IMG/VR virus record: IMGVR_UViG_3300045988_127364
Location: 1-49,440 of that record
DNA: 49,440 nt
DNA from: a virus
Reading direction: 5' to 3' (one strand)
Below, piece by piece: positions 9,309-17,561 of the stretch. A program made the position numbers and the translations under genes. The notes beneath the pieces were generated by a model, which did not search any database, had not been told where the DNA came from, and saw only the letters and a list, made by a program, of their open reading frames with translations. The stretch's first letter is position 1, and every line of letters begins with the position of its first letter.

Positions 9309-9667
9309 GTATCATCCTCCGTCGCTGCACCTGATGCCGAAACGTACATGCCCTTCGAGTCGCGGAGCGGCTTGGGGAACGTGTCCCTAAGCTCCGAGTA
9401 CCCCCCTGCCCCGAGCTCGGTGAGCGAGTACCTGTTGGTGCCCCTCTCACGTCTCAGGAGGCCCTTCGAGACCAGCCCGCCGCATATCTCGGCGATCCCG
9501 TCCCTGCCAATGCCACGGAACAGCTTGACGTTCTCGTCGCCGCCCCTGCGGGTGACCTCGGTGGAGCAGAACGGCTCGCCCTGCTTGTGGCGCCAGCCCA
9601 CGACCCGCAGGAACGCCAGCTCGCCGACCGTCAGGGACGCCAGTATGCCCCCGGGACGCCTAGCCAA
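9305..9667 (-). CDS. winged-helix DNA-binding protein
   Basis: 120 aa with a wHTH-like LTELGAGGY..L segment. Confidence 0.45.
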   Translation of the reverse strand: MARRPGGILASLTVGELAFLRVVGWRHKQGEPFCSTEVTRRGGDENVKLFRGIGRDGIAEICGGLVSKGLLRRERGTNRYSLTELGAGGYSELRDTFPKPLRDSKGMYVSASGAATEDDT

Positions 9668-9770
9668 TGCTCTGCCTGTAATGTAATGCTATGCTATGGC
9701 AAAGCAAGTGCATATGCATTTGCATACCTCCTATGAACGGTTATTACCTATACTTTATCGTTCCACCAAC
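9668..9770 (+). promoter_or_regulatory. AT-rich intergenic region with a fourth copy of the TGAACGGTTAT motif
   Basis: TGAACGGTTATTACCTATAC at 9735-9754 matches the 6261/6344 repeats (11/11 core); preceded by AT-rich TGCATATGCATTTGCATA. Confidence 0.4.
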
Positions 9771-10119
9771 GGACGTTGGCGGCGCGTTTCCGCTGGTCGG
9801 AGATGCTGTTATACCTCTCGACCTCCTGCTGGAACCCATAGCCTGAAACCGTTCGCTTCTCGTCGTTTTTCACCTCGAAAACGCCGCACTTCGCGGCGGT
9901 CTCGAGCACGCTTTGCGACTTTTTCCGGCTGATGCCCAAATCGCGGCTCACGGCCCTCGACAACTCGTCGAACGTCAGCTCCAGGCCCTCGGCGGCGGCG
10001 CGGTACAGCTCGCACTTGGCGGCCAGCCACACGCCTGCGCCCTCGGCACCGCACGAGTCCGTGAGCCTGCGCACCCTGGGGCTGTCCAGCTCGCCGATCG
10101 GCTGCGGGTACCACGACAT
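9748..10119 (-). CDS. HTH-containing hypothetical protein
   Basis: 124 aa from an internal ATG; overlaps the stop of the upstream gene. Confidence 0.4.
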   Translation of the reverse strand: MSWYPQPIGELDSPRVRRLTDSCGAEGAGVWLAAKCELYRAAAEGLELTFDELSRAVSRDLGISRKKSQSVLETAAKCGVFEVKNDEKRTVSGYGFQQEVERYNSISDQRKRAANVRWWNDKV

Positions 10120-10352
10120 CACGGGCAGTCGGCGTAGCGGCCGTGGACTATGTAGCGGTTGTACTGCGCGTAGCCGAACACGCTCGCCCTGCGCCTGTTG
10201 TCGGCGTGCTGGCACTCGCGGCACTTGCGCTGCAGCCCGTCGGTGTTGGCGCGGTTGCGGTTGAACTCGGACGCCTCCAGCAGCCGACCGCAGTAGTTGC
10301 ATCGCTTCACCTTCACCCCCCTATCAATAAAACCTATAATCGAGTCTCGCAT
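10119..10352 (-). CDS. zinc-finger protein
   Basis: 77 aa with CNYCG...CRECQ paired Cys. Confidence 0.45.
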   Translation of the reverse strand: MRDSIIGFIDRGVKVKRCNYCGRLLEASEFNRNRANTDGLQRKCRECQHADNRRRASVFGYAQYNRYIVHGRYADCP

Positions 10353-10359
10353 ACGGGGT

Positions 10360-10713
10360 CTAACAAACGTCTCTGGAGTCGAGAGACTTGATGGCCGCGT
10401 AGGCGATCTTCTTGGCCTTGTCGTAGGGTATGCCCATGTCGGCTGACACGTCGTGCCAGTCCTCGTCGAACAGGAAGTGGCGCACGACCAGCTTGCAGGC
10501 GGTGTCGCCGCACGTCCACTCGATTTCGGCGACGTCGTCCCACGCGCGGTCCAGAATCTCCTCGCACCTGTCGATGCACCATCCGATGCGCTCCTTGCCG
10601 ACCAGCGGCTTGGTGGTCTTGAGCTGGCGTTTCAGGCGCTCCAGAGAGCGTGCGGTGACCTGGTAGCCGCGAAAGTCGTGGAGCGACTGGCTGATTTCGC
10701 CCTGGCGCAGCAC
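10360..10713 (-). CDS. ArpU/RinA-like late transcriptional activator (sigma-70 region-4-like HTH)
   Basis: C-terminal VVRHFLFDEDWHDVSADMGIPYDKAKKIAYAAIKS. GTG start overlaps the TAG of the upstream gene (TAGTG). Sits upstream of the late (terS) operon. Confidence 0.5.
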   Translation of the reverse strand: MLRQGEISQSLHDFRGYQVTARSLERLKRQLKTTKPLVGKERIGWCIDRCEEILDRAWDDVAEIEWTCGDTACKLVVRHFLFDEDWHDVSADMGIPYDKAKKIAYAAIKSLDSRDVC

Positions 10714-10961
10714 TAGCGGCTCACGTACACCGAGATGCCGCCAGCGAGGAACACCATGAGCGCCGAGAGCGCCCAGATGTTGGCGCACTTGACGCCGAAC
10801 GCCAGCCCCAGGAGCAGCGCCGCAAGGAACCCCTGCAGCCAGAACAGGAAAACGACGGCGGCGACGGTGCATGCGAGCAGAACGAGCGCGAGTCCGACCG
10901 ACACGATGCGAGACACAACTTTCAAGCGATAGTCCTTCCGAACGAATGAGAGCCGTTTCAA
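10713..10961 (-). CDS. small membrane protein
   Basis: 82 aa with three predicted TM helices. Confidence 0.5.
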   Translation of the reverse strand: MKRLSFVRKDYRLKVVSRIVSVGLALVLLACTVAAVVFLFWLQGFLAALLLGLAFGVKCANIWALSALMVFLAGGISVYVSR

Positions 10962-11060
10962 GCCCCCGTTTTAAACAAAAAATGACACTGACTGGTTTCA
11001 AACCAGAAAGTGCCCTTAAATCAAATCCTGTGGCTCTCTAAGCCCATTTGAGCGATATGC

Positions 11061-11747
11061 TCACCAGCCGAACTCCTTGGCCATGTCCGCGTAGCGCTCT
11101 CGGGTTGAGCGTCTGCGGCCCGTGTCCACCTCCAGCGGCAGGCACATCTCCAGGACTCGGCTGTACGTCCTGCGACAGGCCATGTCGTCGGGTGCCGCCA
11201 GCTCCCTCCGCGTCAGGTTCGTGCTGATGACGGTCGGCTTTCGGCTCTGGTAGCGGGTGTCGATGACGCTGTAGACGATTTCGCGGCCGTAGTCGGTCTC
11301 GCGCTCAGCCCCGAGGTCGTCGAGCACCAGAAGCTCGGCGTGCCCCAGCTCCTCGATCGTGTCGGCCACATCGCCGTACCTGCGTCCTAGGACCCAAGGC
11401 ATCGAGCGCATCAGCACCCTCATGCCCTTCTCCAGCGCGGCGTTGGCGATGCAGCAGCTGAGGAACGTCTTGCCGCTGTCGGGAGGCCCGAACAGCAGCA
11501 GCCCCGAGTGCAGCCCCGGCAGCTTGTCGGCGTACTTCCTGCACTTCTCGACAACGTCGGAGCCGAACTTACCGTCGTCGGCGGCGAAGGTCTGGGACGC
11601 CATCTCGGGGACGGGGAAGCACTCCGACCTGCGCGAATCGAGCGTCGAGCACCTGCACTTGCAGGGAATCAGCAGCTCGCGGTTTAAGTCCCAGACCCTG
11701 CGCTCCACGGGGAAACCGCAGGTGGGACATGTCCTCGGCTCCATCAC
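11061..11747 (-). CDS. DnaC/IstB-like helicase loader ATPase
   Basis: Walker A LLLFGPPDSGKTFL and Walker B LLVLDDLG; N-terminal CPTCG zinc ribbon. Confidence 0.8.
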   Translation of the reverse strand: MMEPRTCPTCGFPVERRVWDLNRELLIPCKCRCSTLDSRRSECFPVPEMASQTFAADDGKFGSDVVEKCRKYADKLPGLHSGLLLFGPPDSGKTFLSCCIANAALEKGMRVLMRSMPWVLGRRYGDVADTIEELGHAELLVLDDLGAERETDYGREIVYSVIDTRYQSRKPTVISTNLTRRELAAPDDMACRRTYSRVLEMCLPLEVDTGRRRSTRERYADMAKEFGW

Positions 11748-12619
11748 AGCGTCCCGGCGAAGTCGAAGGCGTCGAGGGCTTTGGCGTCAGCCGACGTCGA
11801 GGCAGCGGAATCGTCCACGTAGTCCTTGAAAATCCATGTCCTGACCGCTCCCTTCCAGTCCTTCATCGGGTTCTTGCCGACTTTCCAGCCGTTGGAATCG
11901 TACCACGAGACGAACCTTTCGGCTCGGAACGTTTCCCCTGTTAATCGCAGGTTTCTTGATTTGATGAAGCCCTCGGCGTACTCGGCGACCTCCTCGACGG
12001 ATGGCTTCACGAACTTCTTCGCACGCCGTTTCTTCGGTTGTTCGGGCGCGCACGCGCCAAAACCCTTGGGATTAGGTTGAGTATCAACCCTAGAGGAGTT
12101 ACTAGTACTCTCTCCTAACCTAACCTTACCTAACCTAACCTCGGTATCCACTTTGTCTACCAACTGACAGTCAGGTGTCTCCAGTTTGTCTACCAGTTGG
12201 CTACCAAGTGTATCCACTTTGTCTACCGGCTTGAACATATCCGCAGGTAAGCCCGTGTCCCTCGTCGTGTACGATTTGTTCTCGTCAATGTAAAGCGTGG
12301 CTAACTCGTCTGGGTAGCGAGTTGCGTGGCGCCTGTCCGACCGGACGTAGTTGTTGACCCACCACGACTTGATGACCGCCGCGCCAGAGTCGAACGTCAG
12401 GATGAACTTCTTCGCCACCAGCAGCCGAAAATCGTCCTCCGACGCGCCGCACATCCTGCGGATTGAGCGCGGGTTGTTGACGAAGCCCCAGTCGTCCGCG
12501 TTCATCCCGAGGTGGATGTAGAGCGACTGTGCCGAGAGCGGCATGTCGAGAAAGGCGTCCGACTCGACGATGGTTCTGGCGAACATTCTTCGTTCCGCCA
12601 TATGGTGACCCCCTATCAA
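11744..12619 (-). CDS. replication initiation / replisome organiser protein
   Basis: 291 aa directly upstream of the DnaC-like loader; the coding sequence contains DNA iterons. Confidence 0.6.
   Translation of the reverse strand: MIGGHHMAERRMFARTIVESDAFLDMPLSAQSLYIHLGMNADDWGFVNNPRSIRRMCGASEDDFRLLVAKKFILTFDSGAAVIKSWWVNNYVRSDRRHATRYPDELATLYIDENKSYTTRDTGLPADMFKPVDKVDTLGSQLVDKLETPDCQLVDKVDTEVRLGKVRLGESTSNSSRVDTQPNPKGFGACAPEQPKKRRAKKFVKPSVEEVAEYAEGFIKSRNLRLTGETFRAERFVSWYDSNGWKVGKNPMKDWKGAVRTWIFKDYVDDSAASTSADAKALDAFDFAGTL
12130..12240. repeat. iterons inside the replication initiator gene (candidate origin)
   Basis: Three copies of a TTTGTCTACC core (ATCCACTTTGTCTACC x2, CAGTTTGTCTACC x1) within about 90 bp. 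They encode the repeated protein segment ..VDKVDT..LVDKL..LVDKVDT.. Confidence 0.5.
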
Positions 12620-12637
12620 TAAAATATATTTTTGATC

Positions 12638-12835
12638 CTATTTTGAGTAGTTCCAGGCTGCGACCAGCTCGCCCTCGGTCGGGTACAGCCCGACCACCAT
12701 CGGGCAGTTGTCCCTGTAGGCCGCATCCTCGTCGCGGTGCCTGATTTCGAACTCCTCGGTGCCGCCGATGATGATGACCTCACGGGCGTACACCTCGCCG
12801 CCGCAGAACGGGCAGCGCCTGAGAGTCGGTGCCAT
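12638..12835 (-). CDS. Lar-family restriction-alleviation-like zinc-ribbon protein
   Basis: 65 aa with N-terminal RCPFCGGE motif. Confidence 0.55.
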   Translation of the reverse strand: MAPTLRRCPFCGGEVYAREVIIIGGTEEFEIRHRDEDAAYRDNCPMVVGLYPTEGELVAAWNYSK

Positions 12836-12884
12836 GTTGCCTCCAAAGTGGAGCGCCCAGCATAGTGCCGGGCGCTCCGATCGA

Positions 12885-13304
12885 CTAGTCCTTGCTTGTG
12901 ATCTTCACGCCGGGCAGCTCTTGCGGCAGGAAGTTGAACTCATAGTTGAACTTGTCGGTCTTGGTGGAATCGACTTGCTCCACCGTGTACATAGTCCAAT
13001 CATTGAGGTAGATGAAATGCTTCTGATACTCGCCGTTGGGCAGCTCGGCAATAATGTTCAACTCGTTAGTTTCCGGGTCGGTCTTGATGGAAAGACAGCC
13101 CTCCATCTGCAACAGCACCTTGTCAGAGCGCATGTTGATAACGGTCACACGGCGGCGAACGTTGAAGTTGTCGGCATCTTGTGATAGGTTGTAGCTAACC
13201 TGACCGCGCTCGGTGCAGCCAGATAGTCCAAGCGTGGCGATGATGCCAACCACGGCCAAAATAAAGGCCACCATTGCGGCGACCCTACGCTTCGTGTTAT
13301 TCAT
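12885..13304 (-). CDS. lipoprotein (candidate superinfection-exclusion type)
   Basis: 139 aa from an internal ATG; signal peptide ending in lipobox LSGC (MNNTKRRVAAMVAFILAVVGIIATLGLSGC). Confidence 0.55.
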   Translation of the reverse strand: MNNTKRRVAAMVAFILAVVGIIATLGLSGCTERGQVSYNLSQDADNFNVRRRVTVINMRSDKVLLQMEGCLSIKTDPETNELNIIAELPNGEYQKHFIYLNDWTMYTVEQVDSTKTDKFNYEFNFLPQELPGVKITSKD

Positions 13305-13590
13305 TTTTAGTCCTTTCCTGTAACTGCTCTGCCTCGATGCCCAGCTTGCCCAAGATGAACGCGAGGGCATCGTCTGCGGATATGTCGCCGTGGACAGTCC
13401 GATCGGGCAGACGCACACACTTGTTTGCCTTGTAGTCGTAGTAGAAGTACGCGAGGCGCGACACGTCCGGGCCGTCCGGGTACACGATGCAGTCCACCAT
13501 GTACGCCATCCAGCTATCGTCGTAGATGTTCCAGCTGTAATGGACATAATTGACGGTCTTCAACGCAGACACGACCCTATACCTGCTCAT
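13297..13590 (-). CDS. hypothetical protein
   Basis: Internal ATG of a 117-aa ORF; tightly packed in the early operon. Confidence 0.4.
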   Translation of the reverse strand: MSRYRVVSALKTVNYVHYSWNIYDDSWMAYMVDCIVYPDGPDVSRLAYFYYDYKANKCVRLPDRTVHGDISADDALAFILGKLGIEAEQLQERTKNE

Positions 13591-13817
13591 TTGGCAACCT
13601 CCATGAGCACTGAGATCGGTACAACCCCGGAGAAGCTGTACTCGTCCCAAAATGTCTCAGGCCATTCTTTTCCGTCGTACCTGTTGCGCTTGCATCGCTT
13701 CTCGGCGCACACCTCGGCATCATGTTCGTTGTCGAACGCCATATAGGGAGAATCCCATTTGTCCTCCCATTCGCCGCCGTAGTCGACGACTAGGTAGACG
13801 GTGCGCTTAGCTTTCAT
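13587..13817 (-). CDS. hypothetical protein
   Basis: ORF continuing the early gene string. Confidence 0.4.
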   Translation of the reverse strand: MKAKRTVYLVVDYGGEWEDKWDSPYMAFDNEHDAEVCAEKRCKRNRYDGKEWPETFWDEYSFSGVVPISVLMEVAK

Positions 13818-14082
13818 CCTCCACCTCCACGCCACATGCTTTCAGGAAGTCGATAATCATGATGGTATAGCAGTCCATCAGCACTGAATCGCCATCATCG
13901 AAATCCATGCACTCAGCTCGGCAATTAACGCACGATGCCTTAGAAGGTATTCCATCGACTCTAACAAGTGCATCGAAGTAATAACACGGCATCGGAATGT
14001 GACCGAAATCGCATTCGTATGAATCAATGGCGGCATATCGAAGGTGGCAAATCTGCTTCTCCAGCTCGGGTTTAATCTGCAT
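13807..14082 (-). CDS. hypothetical Cys-rich protein
   Basis: ORF continuing the early gene string. Confidence 0.35.
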   Translation of the reverse strand: MQIKPELEKQICHLRYAAIDSYECDFGHIPMPCYYFDALVRVDGIPSKASCVNCRAECMDFDDGDSVLMDCYTIMIIDFLKACGVEVEDES

Positions 14083-14440
14083 CAATGACCACCGCCCCAC
14101 ACTCAGGACAGCGCTTGTACGGATACCGATCGTAGTCGGGCATGTCGAACTCGTTCATGCAATTGGAGCACTGGAATGAGTTCTCGAAATCGCCACCAAC
14201 GTTTGTCATGACGCATGTGGGAATGTCAATCAGGTCGGCAAGTCTTTCGACGATGGGGATGTAGTAGCCAGTAAAGATGTTGCTGTATTTCTCAACTGAA
14301 TCCGCGATGTTGCGGTAGGCGCTGTTACCGCATTCCACAAGGTCGAGGTCAGTTTTGTAGTACTCCCCGTTTGCTCGCATGTATGTGAGTTGGTTCCTCA
14401 GTCGCGCCGCTACTTCACGGCGCTCCTCGTCACTAATCAT
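14072..14440 (-). CDS. zinc-ribbon protein (paralog 1)
   Basis: MISDEERREVAARLRN..LADLIDIPT..CPECGAVVIDAD. Confidence 0.45.
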   Translation of the reverse strand: MISDEERREVAARLRNQLTYMRANGEYYKTDLDLVECGNSAYRNIADSVEKYSNIFTGYYIPIVERLADLIDIPTCVMTNVGGDFENSFQCSNCMNEFDMPDYDRYPYKRCPECGAVVIDAD

Positions 14441-14732
14441 CGGTAATCGCCGCCCCGCACTTGGGACAATAGTTCCACCGCATGTCGCCGATTGAGTAGC
14501 CGCAGACCTCGCAACACGGGGTCTCCCTACCATACTTGGTCTTGAACTTGCCGTGGCGCGTAGTGGTCGGACGATCGATTAGGTCGGCAAGAGTGTCCAA
14601 AACTTCGCGCCAGTTCAAATATCCGACTCCAAGGCAGTCGAGGAACGGCACTATCGCCGATTCTTTGAACCCGGAACCATCATATCCGCGCATCTTCTCG
14701 GCAACTTCGTGGCGTTTATCATCGGTAATCAT
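14433..14732 (-). CDS. zinc-ribbon protein (paralog 2)
   Basis: MITDDKRHEVAEKMRG..LADLIDRPT..CPKCGAAITDD; tandem paralog of the 14072-14440 gene. Confidence 0.45.
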   Translation of the reverse strand: MITDDKRHEVAEKMRGYDGSGFKESAIVPFLDCLGVGYLNWREVLDTLADLIDRPTTTRHGKFKTKYGRETPCCEVCGYSIGDMRWNYCPKCGAAITDD

Positions 14733-14950
14733 GCGTTCACCTTCTCTGCTTTAGCAGCGACATCGAACATGTCTGCGAGCTTGTCGAATGCCTCGTGCAC
14801 GTGCATGTCCATGTCATCCAGACCGAAGGCCATAAGCACGCTCTCGGTAAACTGGTGGTCGCTCATGTCCCAGAGCGTGTCATCGGGCAGATAGCCGCGC
14901 CATGTCTCGGCCTGACCGCGCAGACGCTCGGCAATAACCTCGGCTCTCAT
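14729..14950 (-). CDS. hypothetical protein
   Basis: 73-aa ORF. Confidence 0.4.
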   Translation of the reverse strand: MRAEVIAERLRGQAETWRGYLPDDTLWDMSDHQFTESVLMAFGLDDMDMHVHEAFDKLADMFDVAAKAEKVNA

Positions 14951-15336
14951 TTCTGCACCGCCTGAAGCATGTCGTTCAGCATGGCCGCCTCGGGCGACGC
15001 GATATGCGTCACCAGGTCACTTGCGCAGCACATGAGCGCTATGAACAGGCAAAGGACTACGATGCCGCAGGTTATGATTACAAAGATACTGTCATCTGAG
15101 TAATGGCACGTCACGTCATGGCAGTAATCCGTATCGCTGTTATCATTCGAGCTGATGGCCCACATGAGTATGCGAATCGCCACAGCGAGCGCGATCGCCA
15201 GAAAAACGCAGGCTACACCGCTCTTGGCGACCTGCATGGCCGCCCATTTCGGCGCGAACTCGGACAAGTGGTTCAGCAGGTAGTCGGCACCGACGCCCAG
15301 CTGGTTTGCTATCTCCTTGATAGCGTTGGAGTCCAT
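14947..15336 (-). CDS. membrane protein
   Basis: 129 aa with two hydrophobic helices. Confidence 0.5.
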   Translation of the reverse strand: MDSNAIKEIANQLGVGADYLLNHLSEFAPKWAAMQVAKSGVACVFLAIALAVAIRILMWAISSNDNSDTDYCHDVTCHYSDDSIFVIITCGIVVLCLFIALMCCASDLVTHIASPEAAMLNDMLQAVQK

Positions 15337-15362
15337 ATCCTCCTCCTTATTTGGTTGTATGG

Positions 15363-15581
15363 TTAGTGAAATTCCTCGTACTTGCAGTACCGGGTGCCGC
15401 GAACCTCGGAGCAGAACGCGCTCTCCAGCTCGTCACCCTCCAGTTTCTCGTACCGATCGCGATATTCCTTGCAGTCGCAGAACCCAGTACCGCGATCGCT
15501 GTCGTAGTTGATGCACGTACTGCAGGTCGGCAGCAGTAGGCGTCTGATGAAGATGATGGGGTGGCGCCAGAAGCTAAGCAT
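15363..15581 (-). CDS. hypothetical Cys-rich protein
   Basis: 72-aa ORF. Confidence 0.4.
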   Translation of the reverse strand: MLSFWRHPIIFIRRLLLPTCSTCINYDSDRGTGFCDCKEYRDRYEKLEGDELESAFCSEVRGTRYCKYEEFH

Positions 15582-15864
15582 TGCCGCTCCTAGAGTTCCA
15601 CCGCTTTACAAGCTCGTCCTTGGTGAACTGAATGACGGCATCCACGTCGTTCACATCGCCGCTATAGACGGCTTTGTCTTGATCAATACGCCAAAAGTTG
15701 CGCTCGTACAGCTCGGCAGTATGTTTGCTGATTGTGCGTATGCGCATTTCGGTTCCGCAACTGCAACAAATTACGCCCTGCCTAATCCATGAGCCTCTGC
15801 CCTGACGCGTATACGGCTTCTTGTAAACAGGCCGTCCGCAAAACGGGCAAGGTTTAAGCTCCAT
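15574..15864 (-). CDS. Lar-family-like zinc-ribbon protein
   Basis: Starts MELKPCPFCGRP. Confidence 0.55.
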   Translation of the reverse strand: MELKPCPFCGRPVYKKPYTRQGRGSWIRQGVICCSCGTEMRIRTISKHTAELYERNFWRIDQDKAVYSGDVNDVDAVIQFTKDELVKRWNSRSGNA

Positions 15865-16069
15865 TGAGTAGCCTCCTATTCCATATGGCTGCTGCCACGA
15901 TTTCCGTATCGTAGTAGTCCGTACTCGGATGAATCCAGCACGGGTTCCCGCGTGCGCAGCAAACGCTGAATGGTCCAATTCCGCATGGACTCGATGACAC
16001 GATTTCGGCTTTGCCGCCGCAGAATGGACATGGCTTAAGGTCGATTGTTTTCATCGGCCCTCCTAGCAC
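15854..16069 (-). CDS. Lar-family-like zinc-ribbon protein
   Basis: DLKPCPFCGGKAE. Confidence 0.55.
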   Translation of the reverse strand: MLGGPMKTIDLKPCPFCGGKAEIVSSSPCGIGPFSVCCARGNPCWIHPSTDYYDTEIVAAAIWNRRLLNGA

Positions 16070-16221
16070 TCCTCTACAGAATTGCAGTATGCCTCGGTTT
16101 GGAAAGCGTCGATGAAGTAGGTGAAGTCATCGTCGATTTCCGCGATCGGGTCGTCGTTCTCGTCGAACTAGTCATCGGGAACGTCGACGGTGTACTCAAC
16201 GTTGACGGTGTACTTGCTCAT
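16063..16221 (-). pseudogene. small acidic ORF interrupted by an in-frame TAG at codon 18
   Basis: AAGGAGGAAAA RBS and ATG at 16221; 17 codons, then TAG at 16168-16170, then 34 more in-frame codons before the next TAG at 16063-16065. Confidence 0.25.
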
Positions 16222-16403
16222 TTTTCCTCCTTACGAATGGACTTGATGGTGCCCTCGATGGCTCGGTAGCAGTCCTTGCAAATCTCCTTGCTGTAGACGC
16301 TGAGCAAAAGATCGCTGTCGGGCGCACCATTGCGAGTTAGAGATAAGTGCGCTGGCAGACCTTTAATCGGGCGATAGCAGAGGTCGCAGAAATGCCTAAT
16401 CAT
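16218..16403 (-). CDS. hypothetical Cys-rich protein
   Basis: Internal ATG of a 91-aa ORF. Confidence 0.3.
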   Translation of the reverse strand: MIRHFCDLCYRPIKGLPAHLSLTRNGAPDSDLLLSVYSKEICKDCYRAIEGTIKSIRKEEK

Positions 16404-16665
16404 TTCTATTTGCCCTCCCGTTCCAAAGCTCCGCAACCGTCTCTGTCGCAGAACTCGAATCATCATCACCGTAGACCTTCGGGCCTTCGGCACCGCATCT
16501 GTAGCATCTGACTGTGTAGAGATACGTGCCGGACTTCGACACGATTTCCCGTCTGAATGCGGTGCTGTACCTTCCGCAGAACGGACACGGTTTCAGTCCG
16601 TTAAGCAGCTCTACTAGCTCATTATTCACGGTCGAACATCCCTTCCATGTCGTCGCATTGCTCAT
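16396..16665 (-). CDS. Lar-family-like zinc-ribbon protein
   Basis: LKPCPFCGRYS. Confidence 0.55.
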   Translation of the reverse strand: MSNATTWKGCSTVNNELVELLNGLKPCPFCGRYSTAFRREIVSKSGTYLYTVRCYRCGAEGPKVYGDDDSSSATETVAELWNGRANRND

Positions 16666-16879
16666 TCCACTCTTTGATGGCCTCTTGGGTTAGCCGCCAA
16701 TTGCACGGCCAACGCTCTTCCTTCCACAGCCCGGTTGTCACATAATCGCGCGTCGCCTCGATGTGGCACTCCGTGCAGGCGACTTTGGCCGACAGACTGC
16801 CGTTCTGCCGGTCGTCGTTTACCTCGATGCGAAGGTGCTCGGTCGAATGACACTTCGGACACGGCTTCATGGTCGTCAT
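16622..16879 (-). CDS. Lar-family-like zinc-ribbon protein
   Basis: MTTMKPCPKCHS...CTECH. Confidence 0.5.
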   Translation of the reverse strand: MTTMKPCPKCHSTEHLRIEVNDDRQNGSLSAKVACTECHIEATRDYVTTGLWKEERWPCNWRLTQEAIKEWNEQCDDMEGMFDRE

Positions 16880-17157
16880 TCGACCACCTTCTCCTTCAGT
16901 GATCGACCGCAGAACGGGCAGAAGTTGACGCCCTCGATGAAGCCTGTAGCAGTCACGCTGACATCTTCGTAACCACTGCACGCCCCACCTACCGAGATGT
17001 CGAGCGTCACATCTGTATCCAGTTCGACCTTGACAATAGGCTCGCCATCATAACGGCGCATCAGAGTCATAGCCCCAATTGGCATGTTTGAAAATCCGCG
17101 ATGTGGAAAGTCGTGCACAGATTCAATACGAGGCCCGTCGCAGAAATAGCAACTCAT
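16876..17157 (-). CDS. zinc-ribbon protein
   Basis: C-terminal NFCPFCGRSL. Confidence 0.45.
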   Translation of the reverse strand: MSCYFCDGPRIESVHDFPHRGFSNMPIGAMTLMRRYDGEPIVKVELDTDVTLDISVGGACSGYEDVSVTATGFIEGVNFCPFCGRSLKEKVVE

Positions 17158-17561
17158 CAGTCCTTACCTCTCAGTTTGCGGATGCGCAGCGCGATGTGTT
17201 TTACCATTTGGACAACGCATTCTTTATTTGCGTCGGATAGGCATTTATCGCAATCGTCGCTTGATTTGTTGAGATACGCACAGGGTATGTACCGAGTCGA
17301 GGCACAGCAACTGTCCAAGTCATCAAGCAGCCTCTTCCAGCTGTCTGGCTGGACTAGATGCAGGAGATGCGGCAAGAAGTTGCATTTCTCCTCTTCGTCC
17401 TCGAATACACCTCTGATTGTCCAGAAACTTGTCAGTGATGATGGCAATGCGCAGAGTTTGAACTCGTCCACATTGAACTTCACGCCGTTGTTGTCATACA
17501 GAACCTCGGTATCAAGCGGAATCTCGTGGCCTTCATGGTCTTTTGGCAACTCGACACTCAT
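17157..17561 (-). CDS. hypothetical protein
   Basis: 134-aa ORF. Confidence 0.4.
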   Translation of the reverse strand: MSVELPKDHEGHEIPLDTEVLYDNNGVKFNVDEFKLCALPSSLTSFWTIRGVFEDEEEKCNFLPHLLHLVQPDSWKRLLDDLDSCCASTRYIPCAYLNKSSDDCDKCLSDANKECVVQMVKHIALRIRKLRGKD

